Translations under genes and position numbers: made by a program
Shown: positions 37,617 to 46,514 of the stretch, one piece after another
Layout: each line of letters opens with the position of its first letter
Position numbering within the stretch: the first letter of the stretch is position 1
The notes under the pieces: model-generated
What the model saw: only the letters and a program-made list of their open reading frames with translations
Told to the model about the DNA's origin: nothing
The model's database searches: none
Assembly (NCBI GenBank): GCA_045589015.1
Contig: JAZNFG010000053.1
Coordinates: 5,118-69,117 of the forward strand
Source: Acutalibacteraceae bacterium
Lineage (GTDB): Bacteria; Bacillota; Clostridia; Oscillospirales; Acutalibacteraceae
Reading direction: 5' to 3'
DNA: 64,000 bases

Positions 37617-37633
37617 CAGACTATTTCTTTGTA

Positions 37634-38761
37634 TTAATCGCAAAAAACAGCCTTTATGGCTTCAAGGTAGCCGTAACCGTAAAGGTCATCCGGCTGCAGA
37701 TAACTGGTTTCCGTCCATTCATTCCAGCTGTTTACCGTAATGAGCGGTGCCTTCATAATTCCGTTCTTCATTGAGCTGTCGGCAAAAGCCTTAACCTGTT
37801 CACAGGCAGCCTTAAAGTTTTCGGGGGTATTATTCTCAACAACGCCTTCTCGGAATTCAAGGAATCTCACGTTATTATCCCATCCTACCGAAATATTGGG
37901 ATAGAACGGAACGGACAGCTGTGCGGAGGCATTTTCGGTAACCTTAATGTAATTCTCTGTCAGCTCCTTATAATCTCCGTCAAAATAAACGGATCCTCCC
38001 CAATTGTAATTCGTCACGGAATCAATGCCGAGATACTTATAAACGTCATATATATGCTTGCCTTTATTTATATCATCATCGGGCAACCAGTCACATACGC
38101 GGTCCCCCCAGTAAACAACCTGAAAATGAAGTCCGGCAAAGCCTGCATCAACAGTCTTTTTCCTGAATAATTCTATACCCTCACGACACTTTTCGGTTGA
38201 GCCGAAGGTACGGATAAAGTTATCAAAATCAAATATCATATATACGGGACAACCGTCAATCATATAGTAATTTTCCTTCTTGAAATACTTTTCAATGGTT
38301 CTGTCACATATATTGCTGAATATTTCGGGAGTTACGACTCCGCTCCAGATAACTGAATTATGAAAATTATCCGAATTTCTCTTATCCCACAAATAAGTGG
38401 CATTATGATTTGCCCACATAAGATAGAATTTCATATCCTTATTGTTGCGCGCTTTAAGGAATCCGTCATTCAGACAGTTTTCAAGAAACGGGCGGTTATC
38501 ATACCAATACCAGTCATAGATAAAAACGTTTACACCGTGAGAAACCGCACAGTCTATCTGCATCTCCATAATACGGCTGTCAGCTTCATTAACATAGCCC
38601 CACATCGGGATTCTCGGCCAACGGCATCCCTTGTAGCCTTTATCGGTCATAGCCTTTACCGTTTGCCATTCGCCGTAGCCCTCGGGCCAGAATATTCTTG
38701 TACGGGGTTCGTCTCCCGTATATGACGGCCAGATAAATGCTGCTATATCGTACTTACTCAT
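37634..38761 (-). CDS. GH99-like / WbsX-like domain protein (cytoplasmic)
   Basis: IAAFIWPSYTGDEPRTRIFWPEGYGEWQTVK...PRIPMWGYVNEADSRIMEMQIDCAVSHGVNVFIYDWYWY parallels the WbsX pattern (FYLPQFH..W.GKGFTEW...LGYYD....Q..LA..GI.GF..Y.YWF). GGAGG RBS. Confidence 0.5.
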   Translation of the reverse strand: MSKYDIAAFIWPSYTGDEPRTRIFWPEGYGEWQTVKAMTDKGYKGCRWPRIPMWGYVNEADSRIMEMQIDCAVSHGVNVFIYDWYWYDNRPFLENCLNDGFLKARNNKDMKFYLMWANHNATYLWDKRNSDNFHNSVIWSGVVTPEIFSNICDRTIEKYFKKENYYMIDGCPVYMIFDFDNFIRTFGSTEKCREGIELFRKKTVDAGFAGLHFQVVYWGDRVCDWLPDDDINKGKHIYDVYKYLGIDSVTNYNWGGSVYFDGDYKELTENYIKVTENASAQLSVPFYPNISVGWDNNVRFLEFREGVVENNTPENFKAACEQVKAFADSSMKNGIMKAPLITVNSWNEWTETSYLQPDDLYGYGYLEAIKAVFCD

Positions 38762-38823
38762 AAAGCTACCTCCGTTTTATATCGTTAATCACAGTATAAC
38801 ACAGCAAATTATCAAATTCAATG

Positions 38824-39408
38824 TCATATCTTTATTTTCATAAGTCCGTGCCTGTTGCAGAAAATATAAATATATCCTCTCCCGCGCAGCTTCAGTCTTG
38901 TTTCGGCATTTCCCTCCGGATACAGCTTCTGAAATTGAACCCTGTCCGTTGTGACGTGAGCTATAAAAGAAATATAGTGAGACTTTGTCATATCGTGATT
39001 TACCGATACAAAAAATTCGTCCTCAACCCTTTCAACGGTAATTCTGTGACGGTCATCCGTTTCGTCCGCCTCAAGAACCGGCAGAGTTATACCGCAGCAG
39101 CTGACGAATGCTTCGCCCGTTGCAATTATAACGTTTCCGCAGACGGGACAAGCATAAAATTTTGAACGGAGCATATTTGAAGAAGCATTCTTATTTATAA
39201 CCGCATTTCCCGACATCAGCTCCATAACGGACACGCCGAGAGCAGTTGCAAGAGGCTCAATAAGAGAAATATCGGGCAATCCCCTTGCCGTTTCCCATTT
39301 TGAAACGGCTTTACTTCCGACACCGATTAAATCTGCCAGCTGCTGTTGAGTGATTCCCTTTCCTTCTCTCAGCTTTTTTATGGCAGCACCCGTAATATAG
39401 TTATTCAT
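38824..39408 (-). CDS. XRE-family HTH domain fused to a complete desulfoferrodoxin (2Fe superoxide-reductase-like) module
   Basis: The N-terminus IKKLREGKGITQQQLADLIGVGSKAVSKWETARGLPD is an XRE HTH. CPVCGNVIIATGEAFVSCCG matches the desulforedoxin-type centre I (CxxC...CC). RH...HDMTKSHYISFI...FCNRHGL matches centre II ligand positions (H, HxxxxxH, CNxHG). AAGGAGA RBS. Confidence 0.7.
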   Translation of the reverse strand: MNNYITGAAIKKLREGKGITQQQLADLIGVGSKAVSKWETARGLPDISLIEPLATALGVSVMELMSGNAVINKNASSNMLRSKFYACPVCGNVIIATGEAFVSCCGITLPVLEADETDDRHRITVERVEDEFFVSVNHDMTKSHYISFIAHVTTDRVQFQKLYPEGNAETRLKLRGRGYIYIFCNRHGLMKIKI

Positions 39409-39506
39409 ATATTCATCTCCTTTTTTTCTTTATTCTATTCCGTAAAGAATATTAAAGCAACCTACGCTTCGTTGAATTAAAAGGGAGATGAAAAATTTGT
39501 AAAAAA

Positions 39507-40880
39507 CTAAAAACGCGTAACAAAATCCTTATAAAAGCAAACGCATTCACCGATATTTTTTATCTTAATATGCTCATTTGCGCTGTGAATTGAGGCAAAC
39601 TGCTCTTTATCAAGGTCTATCGGAGCAAATCTGAGAATGCTGTCGGCAACGTCGCTGAACCGTCTTGCATCCGTTCCTGCAGTAAGCAGATAAGGAGCTA
39701 CGATGACGTCCGGAAAATTCTCATTCATAATCTGCTTCAATAATTGATAAGGACGGCTTTCAAACGAAGAGGGCTTACAGTAATCTCTTTCTGTCTCTTC
39801 AATTGTTACTCCGTATTTTTTTGCAATACCTTTTATCTTTTCAAGACCGCTAAGCAGATCATCCTCCCGGATACATCTTAAAAACATAGTTGCTTCGGCT
39901 TCTTTTGCTTTTATCTGCGGATCCTCTTTTGTTCCTGCAAAAAAATTAGTAAAAGAAATGCTCGTTGAAAGCATAGCCTTTGTCTGAGGAATAGTAAGCA
40001 TAATTTTCTTTATAATCGGAGAAAACAGAGAAAAATTGCCGAACAGGATATTCAAGGGAGCAGCCATATAAGGGGCGTGCGCTTCAAATGTAGCCTTAAC
40101 CTCGGGATAAAAGGCACCTTTAAAAATTTTCGTCTTGTTCACTTCGTTAATAAAGCCCGTGAGCCGCAGTACGGTGCTGTCATCGGACGGATTGAGTCCT
40201 CCGTGACCCTTTGCAACACCCTCAGCTCGGCATCGGTACAGATGGCGGCTTTTTTCGTGGACAGCTACCATAGCACTCTTATTTTTTACTCCGGGAATCA
40301 TCCCCTCGGTAACAGCACCGCCTTCATCAAGTATAACATCAAAATGAATCCCGTTGTCCCTGAAATATTTTGCCGCGAGAACCATTCCGTCACCGCAGAC
40401 CTCTTCATTATCAGACGATCCGATATAGACGTTAATCCCGTCAAAGGAGAAACCCTCTGAAAGCAATTCCTCACAAGCCTGCAATTGTGCAAAAAGAGGA
40501 GTTTTGGTATCAATTGTACCTCTGCCCCATAATGCTCCGTTCTTTTTCACGGCATTAAACGGATCTGTAGTCCAGCTGTCATCACCGTCTACAACATCGT
40601 GGTGAGACATAAGCATAATATTTTTATCGGCATTCCTTCCTTCGATTACGTAAACGAAGCAACCGCTTCCGAAAACAAGCTTTCGTGCATTTTTTGCAAT
40701 ATTCGGAAAGCTTTCTTCTATAACGGAGTAAAACCTGTCATATTCTTTTTTATTTTCACCGTTTCTTGTAAAAACGGTTTTGCAATCAACCATTTTTTTC
40801 AGCGTTTCAGCATACGCTTCATTTATTTCGGGTGAAACATTTTTTCTTTTTGTCTCATCTGAGATTATCATCTTTTTCAT
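39507..40880 (-). CDS. M20-family metallopeptidase / amidohydrolase
   Basis: LMSHHDVVDG, GRGTIDTKTP, GSSDNEEVCG and ILDEGG are the M20 metal-ligand and catalytic blocks. The ATG at 40880 follows AAGGTGAGAG. Confidence 0.75.
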   Translation of the reverse strand: MKKMIISDETKRKNVSPEINEAYAETLKKMVDCKTVFTRNGENKKEYDRFYSVIEESFPNIAKNARKLVFGSGCFVYVIEGRNADKNIMLMSHHDVVDGDDSWTTDPFNAVKKNGALWGRGTIDTKTPLFAQLQACEELLSEGFSFDGINVYIGSSDNEEVCGDGMVLAAKYFRDNGIHFDVILDEGGAVTEGMIPGVKNKSAMVAVHEKSRHLYRCRAEGVAKGHGGLNPSDDSTVLRLTGFINEVNKTKIFKGAFYPEVKATFEAHAPYMAAPLNILFGNFSLFSPIIKKIMLTIPQTKAMLSTSISFTNFFAGTKEDPQIKAKEAEATMFLRCIREDDLLSGLEKIKGIAKKYGVTIEETERDYCKPSSFESRPYQLLKQIMNENFPDVIVAPYLLTAGTDARRFSDVADSILRFAPIDLDKEQFASIHSANEHIKIKNIGECVCFYKDFVTRF

Positions 40881-40889
40881 CACTTGCTC

Positions 40890-42308
40890 TCACCTTCTGT
40901 ATTTATCTATAGTGGCAGTAACCCTTTTATCGTTGTATAAGCAGAATATTATAAGTGACAGCAGGCTGAATATACCTGCAAAAACACCCGTAAGCTTTAC
41001 GCCCTGAAGTCCGACGGACTCCCCTGACGCTGCACCGACGGCAAGAATACTCGAAACTCCCATCATTGCAATTGCGGAGGCAATTTTTTCTATAAAGGTC
41101 TTAACGGCAGAAAATATACCCTCACGGTTGACACCGCTTACAAGACAATCGCATTGAATTATATCCGAAACCACCGACTGCGGTAAAATATTGATAGCGG
41201 CAAACGGGAAGGATACAATCACACCCATTCCGAGACCTATAAACAATTCATTTCCGGGAGCTAATGCGGCAATCTTATCACCGAAATAAATAAGTCCGAA
41301 AACAAGCGTAAAAATTACACTTGCGATAATCAGCGGAAGCTTTTTATTATACCTTCTGCTTATTTTAATTATCAGCGGGAACAGACAGATAGCAACGGCA
41401 ATTGCAGACAGCATAACAAGAAATGACTGTGATTCCGGTACGTTCAGAAGCATTGTTATGTAATAAAGCATTGCCGTCTGGAAAAATGCCATCGATACAC
41501 CGCTGAACAGGTCTCCGAGACTGAAAATAACAAAATTTTTATTTTTGAATACGAGGGCAAATGATTTTATCATTGATTCCTTAGGCTTAGTATTCTCGGT
41601 AACGTAATCCTTTTCATTAAAAGCGAAAGCACTGAGCAGCAGACAAGTCACACCTATGAGAGCAAAAACAGTAAAAACCGCACGCCACGCCCACAAAGCG
41701 GACAGTCCTGCATTTTTTAACATATCCACAAACAGGGTTGCCGCATACATAAACGAGCTTGAACCCATAAAGAATACCGTACTGATTCCGTAATATCCGA
41801 CTCTGACCTTTGTGTCGGGAATAATCTCGGGCACAAGAGCATTTCTCGGAATAAAAAAGAAGGTATAGGCGGTGTAATAGCTGATAAGGAAAAATCCCAC
41901 CCAGACAGCATTGGCAACAGAGCCCTCTTTAAACGGGGCGTAAAAAATCAAAAGCACCGAAAGGGCATAAGGAATTGCGGCATAGCGCAAAAACGGCATT
42001 CTTCTGCCCGATTTGTGTGTGCACTTATCCGAAAGAGATGCAACAATCGGGTCGGTTACTGCGTCAACAATTTTTCCGATTGCAGTAATCAACGCCATAA
42101 TGGTAATAAAGCCGAGCAATTTATTCTCAGGTAAGAGAATCGGCAATCCGCTTTTTACTGTCGGCTGAAAAAAGTAAAGCAGATAGTTTCCTATCATACC
42201 GTTAAATAAGCCCTTTGCAATATCTGCAAGACAATAGCGGTACATTTTCCTTTTCGGTAATAATAAAGTCATTTTCGTCACCTTTTCAAATCCTTCGTTC
42301 TTTGCCAT
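40890..42308 (-). CDS. GPH/MFS-type transporter
   Basis: 472 aa with about 12 TM segments. DAVTDPIVASLSDKCTHKSGRRMPFL resembles the GPH loop 2-3 motif. GGAGGAG RBS. Confidence 0.65.
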   Translation of the reverse strand: MAKNEGFEKVTKMTLLLPKRKMYRYCLADIAKGLFNGMIGNYLLYFFQPTVKSGLPILLPENKLLGFITIMALITAIGKIVDAVTDPIVASLSDKCTHKSGRRMPFLRYAAIPYALSVLLIFYAPFKEGSVANAVWVGFFLISYYTAYTFFFIPRNALVPEIIPDTKVRVGYYGISTVFFMGSSSFMYAATLFVDMLKNAGLSALWAWRAVFTVFALIGVTCLLLSAFAFNEKDYVTENTKPKESMIKSFALVFKNKNFVIFSLGDLFSGVSMAFFQTAMLYYITMLLNVPESQSFLVMLSAIAVAICLFPLIIKISRRYNKKLPLIIASVIFTLVFGLIYFGDKIAALAPGNELFIGLGMGVIVSFPFAAINILPQSVVSDIIQCDCLVSGVNREGIFSAVKTFIEKIASAIAMMGVSSILAVGAASGESVGLQGVKLTGVFAGIFSLLSLIIFCLYNDKRVTATIDKYRR

Positions 42309-42311
42309 AAA

Positions 42312-42833
42312 TTACAACTCCTCCTTCAAGGGAATCTCATATTTTTTATCGATAAGCATGTAGTTCACGTTATACTGCTTTGCAAGCTTCAGCATCCGCA
42401 TATTCTCCTGCAGGACGTTTTCCATTGTGCAGTACCCGTCGTCAAGCCGTTTTTCAATGATATCTGCATAGCCCTTTATATCATCAAAATTATTTTTAAT
42501 ATATTCCTCACTCATAATAAGGCAAATATATCGTATTTTATCAAGGTATTCTTTTTCAAAATCCTTTTTCCAATCAAACGGCACGTAACAGCCCTCAATA
42601 ATAAGGTGCTGACCGTTTTCAATTACGGTTTTGATTATTTCCCGTACAACGGGCCACAGAAGATTAGTCAGTAAACGGTCATCACTCAAGGGAGTCAATT
42701 GTGTATTCCCGCTTCTGAGCAACCCCATTTTAAGGTGATCAATCGATAGATACGGATAATGATGCTTTTCGAGAAGCCGCTGTGCCAAAGCCGTTTTTCC
42801 CGTATGTGATGCACCCGTAATAAGAATAACCAT
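42312..42833 (-). CDS. P-loop NTPase/kinase (2-phosphoglycerate-kinase/adenylate-kinase-like fold)
   Basis: Walker A ILITGASHTGKTALA at the N-terminus. The ATG at 42833 follows GAGGA. The track start at 42917 adds 28 aa with no RBS. Confidence 0.45.
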   Translation of the reverse strand: MVILITGASHTGKTALAQRLLEKHHYPYLSIDHLKMGLLRSGNTQLTPLSDDRLLTNLLWPVVREIIKTVIENGQHLIIEGCYVPFDWKKDFEKEYLDKIRYICLIMSEEYIKNNFDDIKGYADIIEKRLDDGYCTMENVLQENMRMLKLAKQYNVNYMLIDKKYEIPLKEEL

Positions 42834-42960
42834 TTTTATTTCCTCGTTTATCTGTTTTCTGATTAAGTGCGTTATTACTAAAAGACAATAAGCGTTGCAA
42901 AACCTTAAAGCCTTCACACGTATTTCTTCTTTTTTTAGTCGGAATTAGCAAAAGCATTAA

Positions 42961-43518
42961 TCAGATTAATTTCTTTCCGTCACAAAATGCCCTTCCTACA
43001 ACTTCACCGAAGCTCAGATAATCGTATGTTGCACCGTCAAAAATAACAGGATTAAGCTTTTTAGCATCGATTTTTCCGTTTCCGTCAAGTACACCTTCAT
43101 CTGCGCTGACATTTATTATCTCACCGATACAAATACCGTCCTCGTTAAATTTTATTAGCTTACATTCAACCGCAACGGGAAGCTCCGAAATAATGGGCGC
43201 GTTAACAAATTCACTTTTGACGGCGGAAAATCCGGCCCTCGTAAGCTTTTCCGGCTCATCGTTTGCCGAAACGATACCTACGTAGTCACAGGAAACAAGC
43301 CTTTCTACGGTTGCAAAGCTGACGGTAAAAGCACCGTTGTCCCTTATATTTTCCGTGGTTTTATGGTCTTTTGCAAGGCAGACCATAATTTTATTATCAT
43401 CATAAATACCGCCCCACGCCGCATTCATAGCATTTGGTTTACCGTTTTTATCATAAGTACCGATAATCAGCACCGGCACAGGATAAAGCCAGCTTTTAGC
43501 TCCGAAATTCTTTCTCAT
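42961..43518 (-). CDS. Flavin reductase-like FMN-binding split-barrel protein
   Basis: YPVPVLIIGTYDKNGKPNAMNAAWGG...FTVSF is the typical Flavin_Reduct N-terminal pattern. The start is placed at the second ATG, 9 nt after GAAAGG. Confidence 0.65.
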   Translation of the reverse strand: MRKNFGAKSWLYPVPVLIIGTYDKNGKPNAMNAAWGGIYDDNKIMVCLAKDHKTTENIRDNGAFTVSFATVERLVSCDYVGIVSANDEPEKLTRAGFSAVKSEFVNAPIISELPVAVECKLIKFNEDGICIGEIINVSADEGVLDGNGKIDAKKLNPVIFDGATYDYLSFGEVVGRAFCDGKKLI

Positions 43519-43584
43519 AACAGTCATCCTTTCTGTTTTAACGCATTATTACAAATTTTTGTGTTTTATCCTTTTATAAAATTT

Positions 43585-44400
43585 TCAAAAACAATTCTCT
43601 TGTTTTTCAACGGCAAGTCTGATATTCCAGCCGTTTTTATCTAAACGTAATCGGGCATCCTCCTGTGAACAGGCAAGGATTTCCGATACTATCCCTATCA
43701 TTCTGTTTTTCAGCTTTTTATTGGTGGGCTTCAGATTAATCATCAGATTTTCGTAAACACAGCCGCATTTCACCATTGATGCCGTTGAAATCATATTAAG
43801 AATAATCTTCTGTGCGGTTCCTGCTTTCATACGAGTAGATCCGCTTATGACCTCGGGACCCGTATCTGCACATATATCGATATCTGCTTCTTTTCCGAGC
43901 TGTGTTTCGGGATTGTTTGTAACGGAAAAGGCTTTCGCGCCCAGAAGCTTTGCATATTTCACGGCAGAAATTACAAATGCCGCAGAGCCTGAGGCTGAAA
44001 TTCCGATAAGAATATCCTTATCTGAGAAGCACCGTTTTTTAAGCTCGTCAATTCCTGCATTTTCATCATCCTCGGCATTTTCTGCCGCCTTGAACATACA
44101 AGCTTCTCCGCCTGCAATTATCCCGTTAAACAAGCCGTGCGGAACACCGAAGGTGGGAGGACATTCGGCGGCATCGCATACGGCAAGTCTGCCCGAGGTG
44201 CCGCTTCCGATATAAAATACCCTACCGCCTGCCTTTATTGCCTCTGCCGACGCATCACATACTGCGGCAATCTCCGGCAAGACCTTTTCTACGGCATCGG
44301 CTACTTTTCTGTTTTCATTATTTATAATTCTGAGCATTTCCTCCGTGCTCATTTTATCGATACCGTAGGTATCGGGATTTCGCTTTTCCGTGTTTAACAT
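43585..44400 (-). CDS. murQ: N-acetylmuramic acid 6-phosphate etherase
   Basis: MLNTEKRNPDTYGIDKMSTEEMLRIINNEN, the SIS-domain block YIGSGTSGRLAVCDAAECPPTFG, and GSTRMKAGTAQK. GGGAGGG RBS inside the upstream gene, with a 7-nt overlap. Confidence 0.85.
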   Translation of the reverse strand: MLNTEKRNPDTYGIDKMSTEEMLRIINNENRKVADAVEKVLPEIAAVCDASAEAIKAGGRVFYIGSGTSGRLAVCDAAECPPTFGVPHGLFNGIIAGGEACMFKAAENAEDDENAGIDELKKRCFSDKDILIGISASGSAAFVISAVKYAKLLGAKAFSVTNNPETQLGKEADIDICADTGPEVISGSTRMKAGTAQKIILNMISTASMVKCGCVYENLMINLKPTNKKLKNRMIGIVSEILACSQEDARLRLDKNGWNIRLAVEKQENCF

Positions 44401-45326
44401 AATTTCCCTCCCGAAAGCTTTTCTGCAAGACTGACGGCAGCATTTACCATCCTTTCTTCACAAAACCTAAGCCTTACGTCCTCTGCAAGGTATTTCTTTA
44501 TAAAATCAGATAAAATCTCCTTCTGACAGCTGAGTCCTCCGCAGATTACGACATTTTTTTCGGTATTTGCAGATATATTCAAGGCTCCGTTTATTACAGA
44601 TGCCGCTTCTTTTGCATTTTTCTCAATTATCTCTGCGGCTTTTACGTCTCCCATACGATACGCTTCAAAAACAACCGGTGCAAAAGAGGCTACCGCAGCC
44701 GCACCGCCTTTATATATTTCTGAAATTCCTTTTTCAAGAGGACAGCCAAGTCTTTCTTCGATTAGCTCCGATAGTATTTTACTGCCGTTTCTTCCGTCAA
44801 TTGCTTCAAATGCAGAATTCAATGCATCAGAACCGAAATGAAAGCCGCTTCCGCCTTTATCTATCATATAGCCTCTGCCGCCCGTACGGTAAAGCTTATC
44901 ATCCCTTCGGGAAAATGCGGCAATACCCGTTCCCATAATCACAGCCGTACCGTTTCCGCCCTTCAGGCAAAGCTCTATTGCGACATCAATATCACTTGAG
45001 CATAAAAATGCATAAAAACCGAATCGGGACAAAAAATTATTGATAAGTCTTTCATTATCTCCCGATTTTACCCCTGCAATTCCCGCAAAAACGGAAACCG
45101 TACCGATATCTATTCCGTTACAGCATTTTTCTATTCCCTGAGAAAGCACCGAATACGTATTATCCAAGCTTCCGTTAACAGGATTCGACGTTCCGAGACA
45201 AAATCCCTTTATCTCTTTTTTGCTGAGGTCTGTCAACAAAAACTCTGTCTTCGTGCCTCCCCCGTCGATGCCTAAATAATACTCAGCCTTTTTATTATAA
45301 TCCCTGTTTTTTCCAACAGCCGTCAC
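44394..45326 (-). CDS. BadF/BadG/BcrA/BcrD-type ATPase; GlcNAc/MurNAc kinase-like
   Basis: YLGIDGGGTKTEF phosphate-1 motif and GGRGYMIDKGGSG. GTG start with GGAGAG RBS. It is coupled to murQ, an arrangement known for MurK-type kinases in clostridia. Confidence 0.6.
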   Translation of the reverse strand: MTAVGKNRDYNKKAEYYLGIDGGGTKTEFLLTDLSKKEIKGFCLGTSNPVNGSLDNTYSVLSQGIEKCCNGIDIGTVSVFAGIAGVKSGDNERLINNFLSRFGFYAFLCSSDIDVAIELCLKGGNGTAVIMGTGIAAFSRRDDKLYRTGGRGYMIDKGGSGFHFGSDALNSAFEAIDGRNGSKILSELIEERLGCPLEKGISEIYKGGAAAVASFAPVVFEAYRMGDVKAAEIIEKNAKEAASVINGALNISANTEKNVVICGGLSCQKEILSDFIKKYLAEDVRLRFCEERMVNAAVSLAEKLSGGKLC

Positions 45327-45397
45327 GTTTTCACTCTCCGCATTATTTCTAAATTATACCGACGGCTTAATTATATAACAAAAACATTTTGCTTTCA

Positions 45398-45437
45398 AGA
45401 AAAAAGAAAAGCTGTCCCCGCAGGAAAAGGACAGCTT
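45398..45437 (-). terminator. Intrinsic terminator after the B12-riboswitch-controlled pair
   Basis: On the minus strand, AAGCTGTCC-ttttcctgcgg-GGACAGCTT is followed by TTCTTTTTTCTT. Confidence 0.7.
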
Positions 45438-45454
45438 CAGAACAAGGTTTTCAG

Positions 45455-46012
45455 TTACGTATACATCCGACTTCTTGTAAACAGTTTTTTCAGAAATTCG
45501 GACAAAGGATAAATCAATAATCCCGCGCAGAAATTTCCGACTCCGTGCAAGACATCAAAGGAAAGCCCTGCAACTATCCAGGCAATCAGCTGCTCAAAAT
45601 CAAGTCCGAACATTACTGCCTGTGCGGGAGAATACAATATGCCGAAAAAAAGACCGTGCAAGCCGCAGATTAAAGGATATATCACACAGGCGGCTTTTTT
45701 ATTCATTTTTTTAGGCAATAGCATAGTAATACCCCACAAAACAGTCCATATATAAAGATAGGGTACCCACCACATAGAAAATCCGCCGTACAAACCGTTT
45801 ACAAAGACGTAGATATAAATCGGAACCAATGCTTTTTTTCGCAGTACAAGAGTATACACCATTGTCAACATCCCGAGCAGGTGAATGTTAGGTAATGCCT
45901 CCATAATAATCTTTGAGCAGAACATCAGCGTGCCAAGCATTGAAAACACTACTATCTCCTGAACGCTCAGAGACCTTTTCTTTTTTTCCTTACCGTTACT
46001 TTGAGTAAACAA
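45455..46012 (-). CDS. Small polytopic membrane protein, ECF-transporter S-component-like (candidate corrinoid-specific)
   Basis: About 185 aa with 5-6 TM segments. The only in-frame start upstream of TM1 is the TTG at 46012, which overlaps the end of the upstream gene by 17 nt. It lies downstream of a cobalamin riboswitch. Confidence 0.45.
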   Translation of the reverse strand: MFTQSNGKEKKKRSLSVQEIVVFSMLGTLMFCSKIIMEALPNIHLLGMLTMVYTLVLRKKALVPIYIYVFVNGLYGGFSMWWVPYLYIWTVLWGITMLLPKKMNKKAACVIYPLICGLHGLFFGILYSPAQAVMFGLDFEQLIAWIVAGLSFDVLHGVGNFCAGLLIYPLSEFLKKLFTRSRMYT

Positions 46013-46490
46013 GCTGATATGTTACACCTTCTGTTATTTCGGTTCCGTCAACACCCGTCATTGCCATTTCACCGTCAATATAGAAAGCCCAATAACGCTG
46101 ATTAACGTCATAGTCTGCGGTAATACCGTTTACTTGCTTGATATAAAGTCCGTAGGGGCCTTCATCACCTGCAATAAGCTGATGCTCAAGAAGTGCTTCT
46201 CCTACCGTAGTCTTATCGGTCTTAACCGTAAAGGTAACTGTCTTTTCTTCAGCCTTTACTTCGCATATAACCGTTTTTGCTCCGTCGCCGAATTCTTTGT
46301 CCTCGGTATAGGTAGCACTGCTCCATAAATCAGAGTTTTCGGCAGCAGTGCTTTCAGCCGTCGTTGAGTCTGCGGCAGGTGCTTCGGTTGTTGTATTCTC
46401 TGCAGTATTTCCGCAAGCGACAAGGCTTATAAGGCAAATAAGTGCAAGAATTACAGAAATAACAGTTCTTTTATTTTTCATTTTTTTCAA
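45996..46490 (-). CDS. DUF4430-like lipoprotein (transcobalamin/intrinsic-factor beta-domain-like)
   Basis: Lipobox LISLVACGN and a low-complexity Thr/Ala/Glu linker. C-terminal domain TVGEALLEH...GPYGLYIKQVNGITADYDVNQRYWAFYIDGEMAMTGVDGTEITEGVTYQLVY matches the DUF4430 pattern. Confidence 0.6.
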   Translation of the reverse strand: MKKMKNKRTVISVILALICLISLVACGNTAENTTTEAPAADSTTAESTAAENSDLWSSATYTEDKEFGDGAKTVICEVKAEEKTVTFTVKTDKTTVGEALLEHQLIAGDEGPYGLYIKQVNGITADYDVNQRYWAFYIDGEMAMTGVDGTEITEGVTYQLVYSK

Positions 46491-46514
46491 TCCTTTCTTT
46501 TTTTACAAAAGGAT

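Noticed and set aside
38821-39165. A + strand 114-aa ORF overlapping the HTH-desulfoferrodoxin gene
   Set aside because: The minus-strand frame carries a textbook XRE HTH plus both desulfoferrodoxin metal-site patterns and a strong RBS. The + strand ORF has no recognisable motif or RBS.
42834-42917. A longer start for the P-loop protein
   Set aside because: The Walker A motif of this family sits at the extreme N-terminus. The ATG at 42833 is preceded by GAGGA, while the upstream extension has no RBS.
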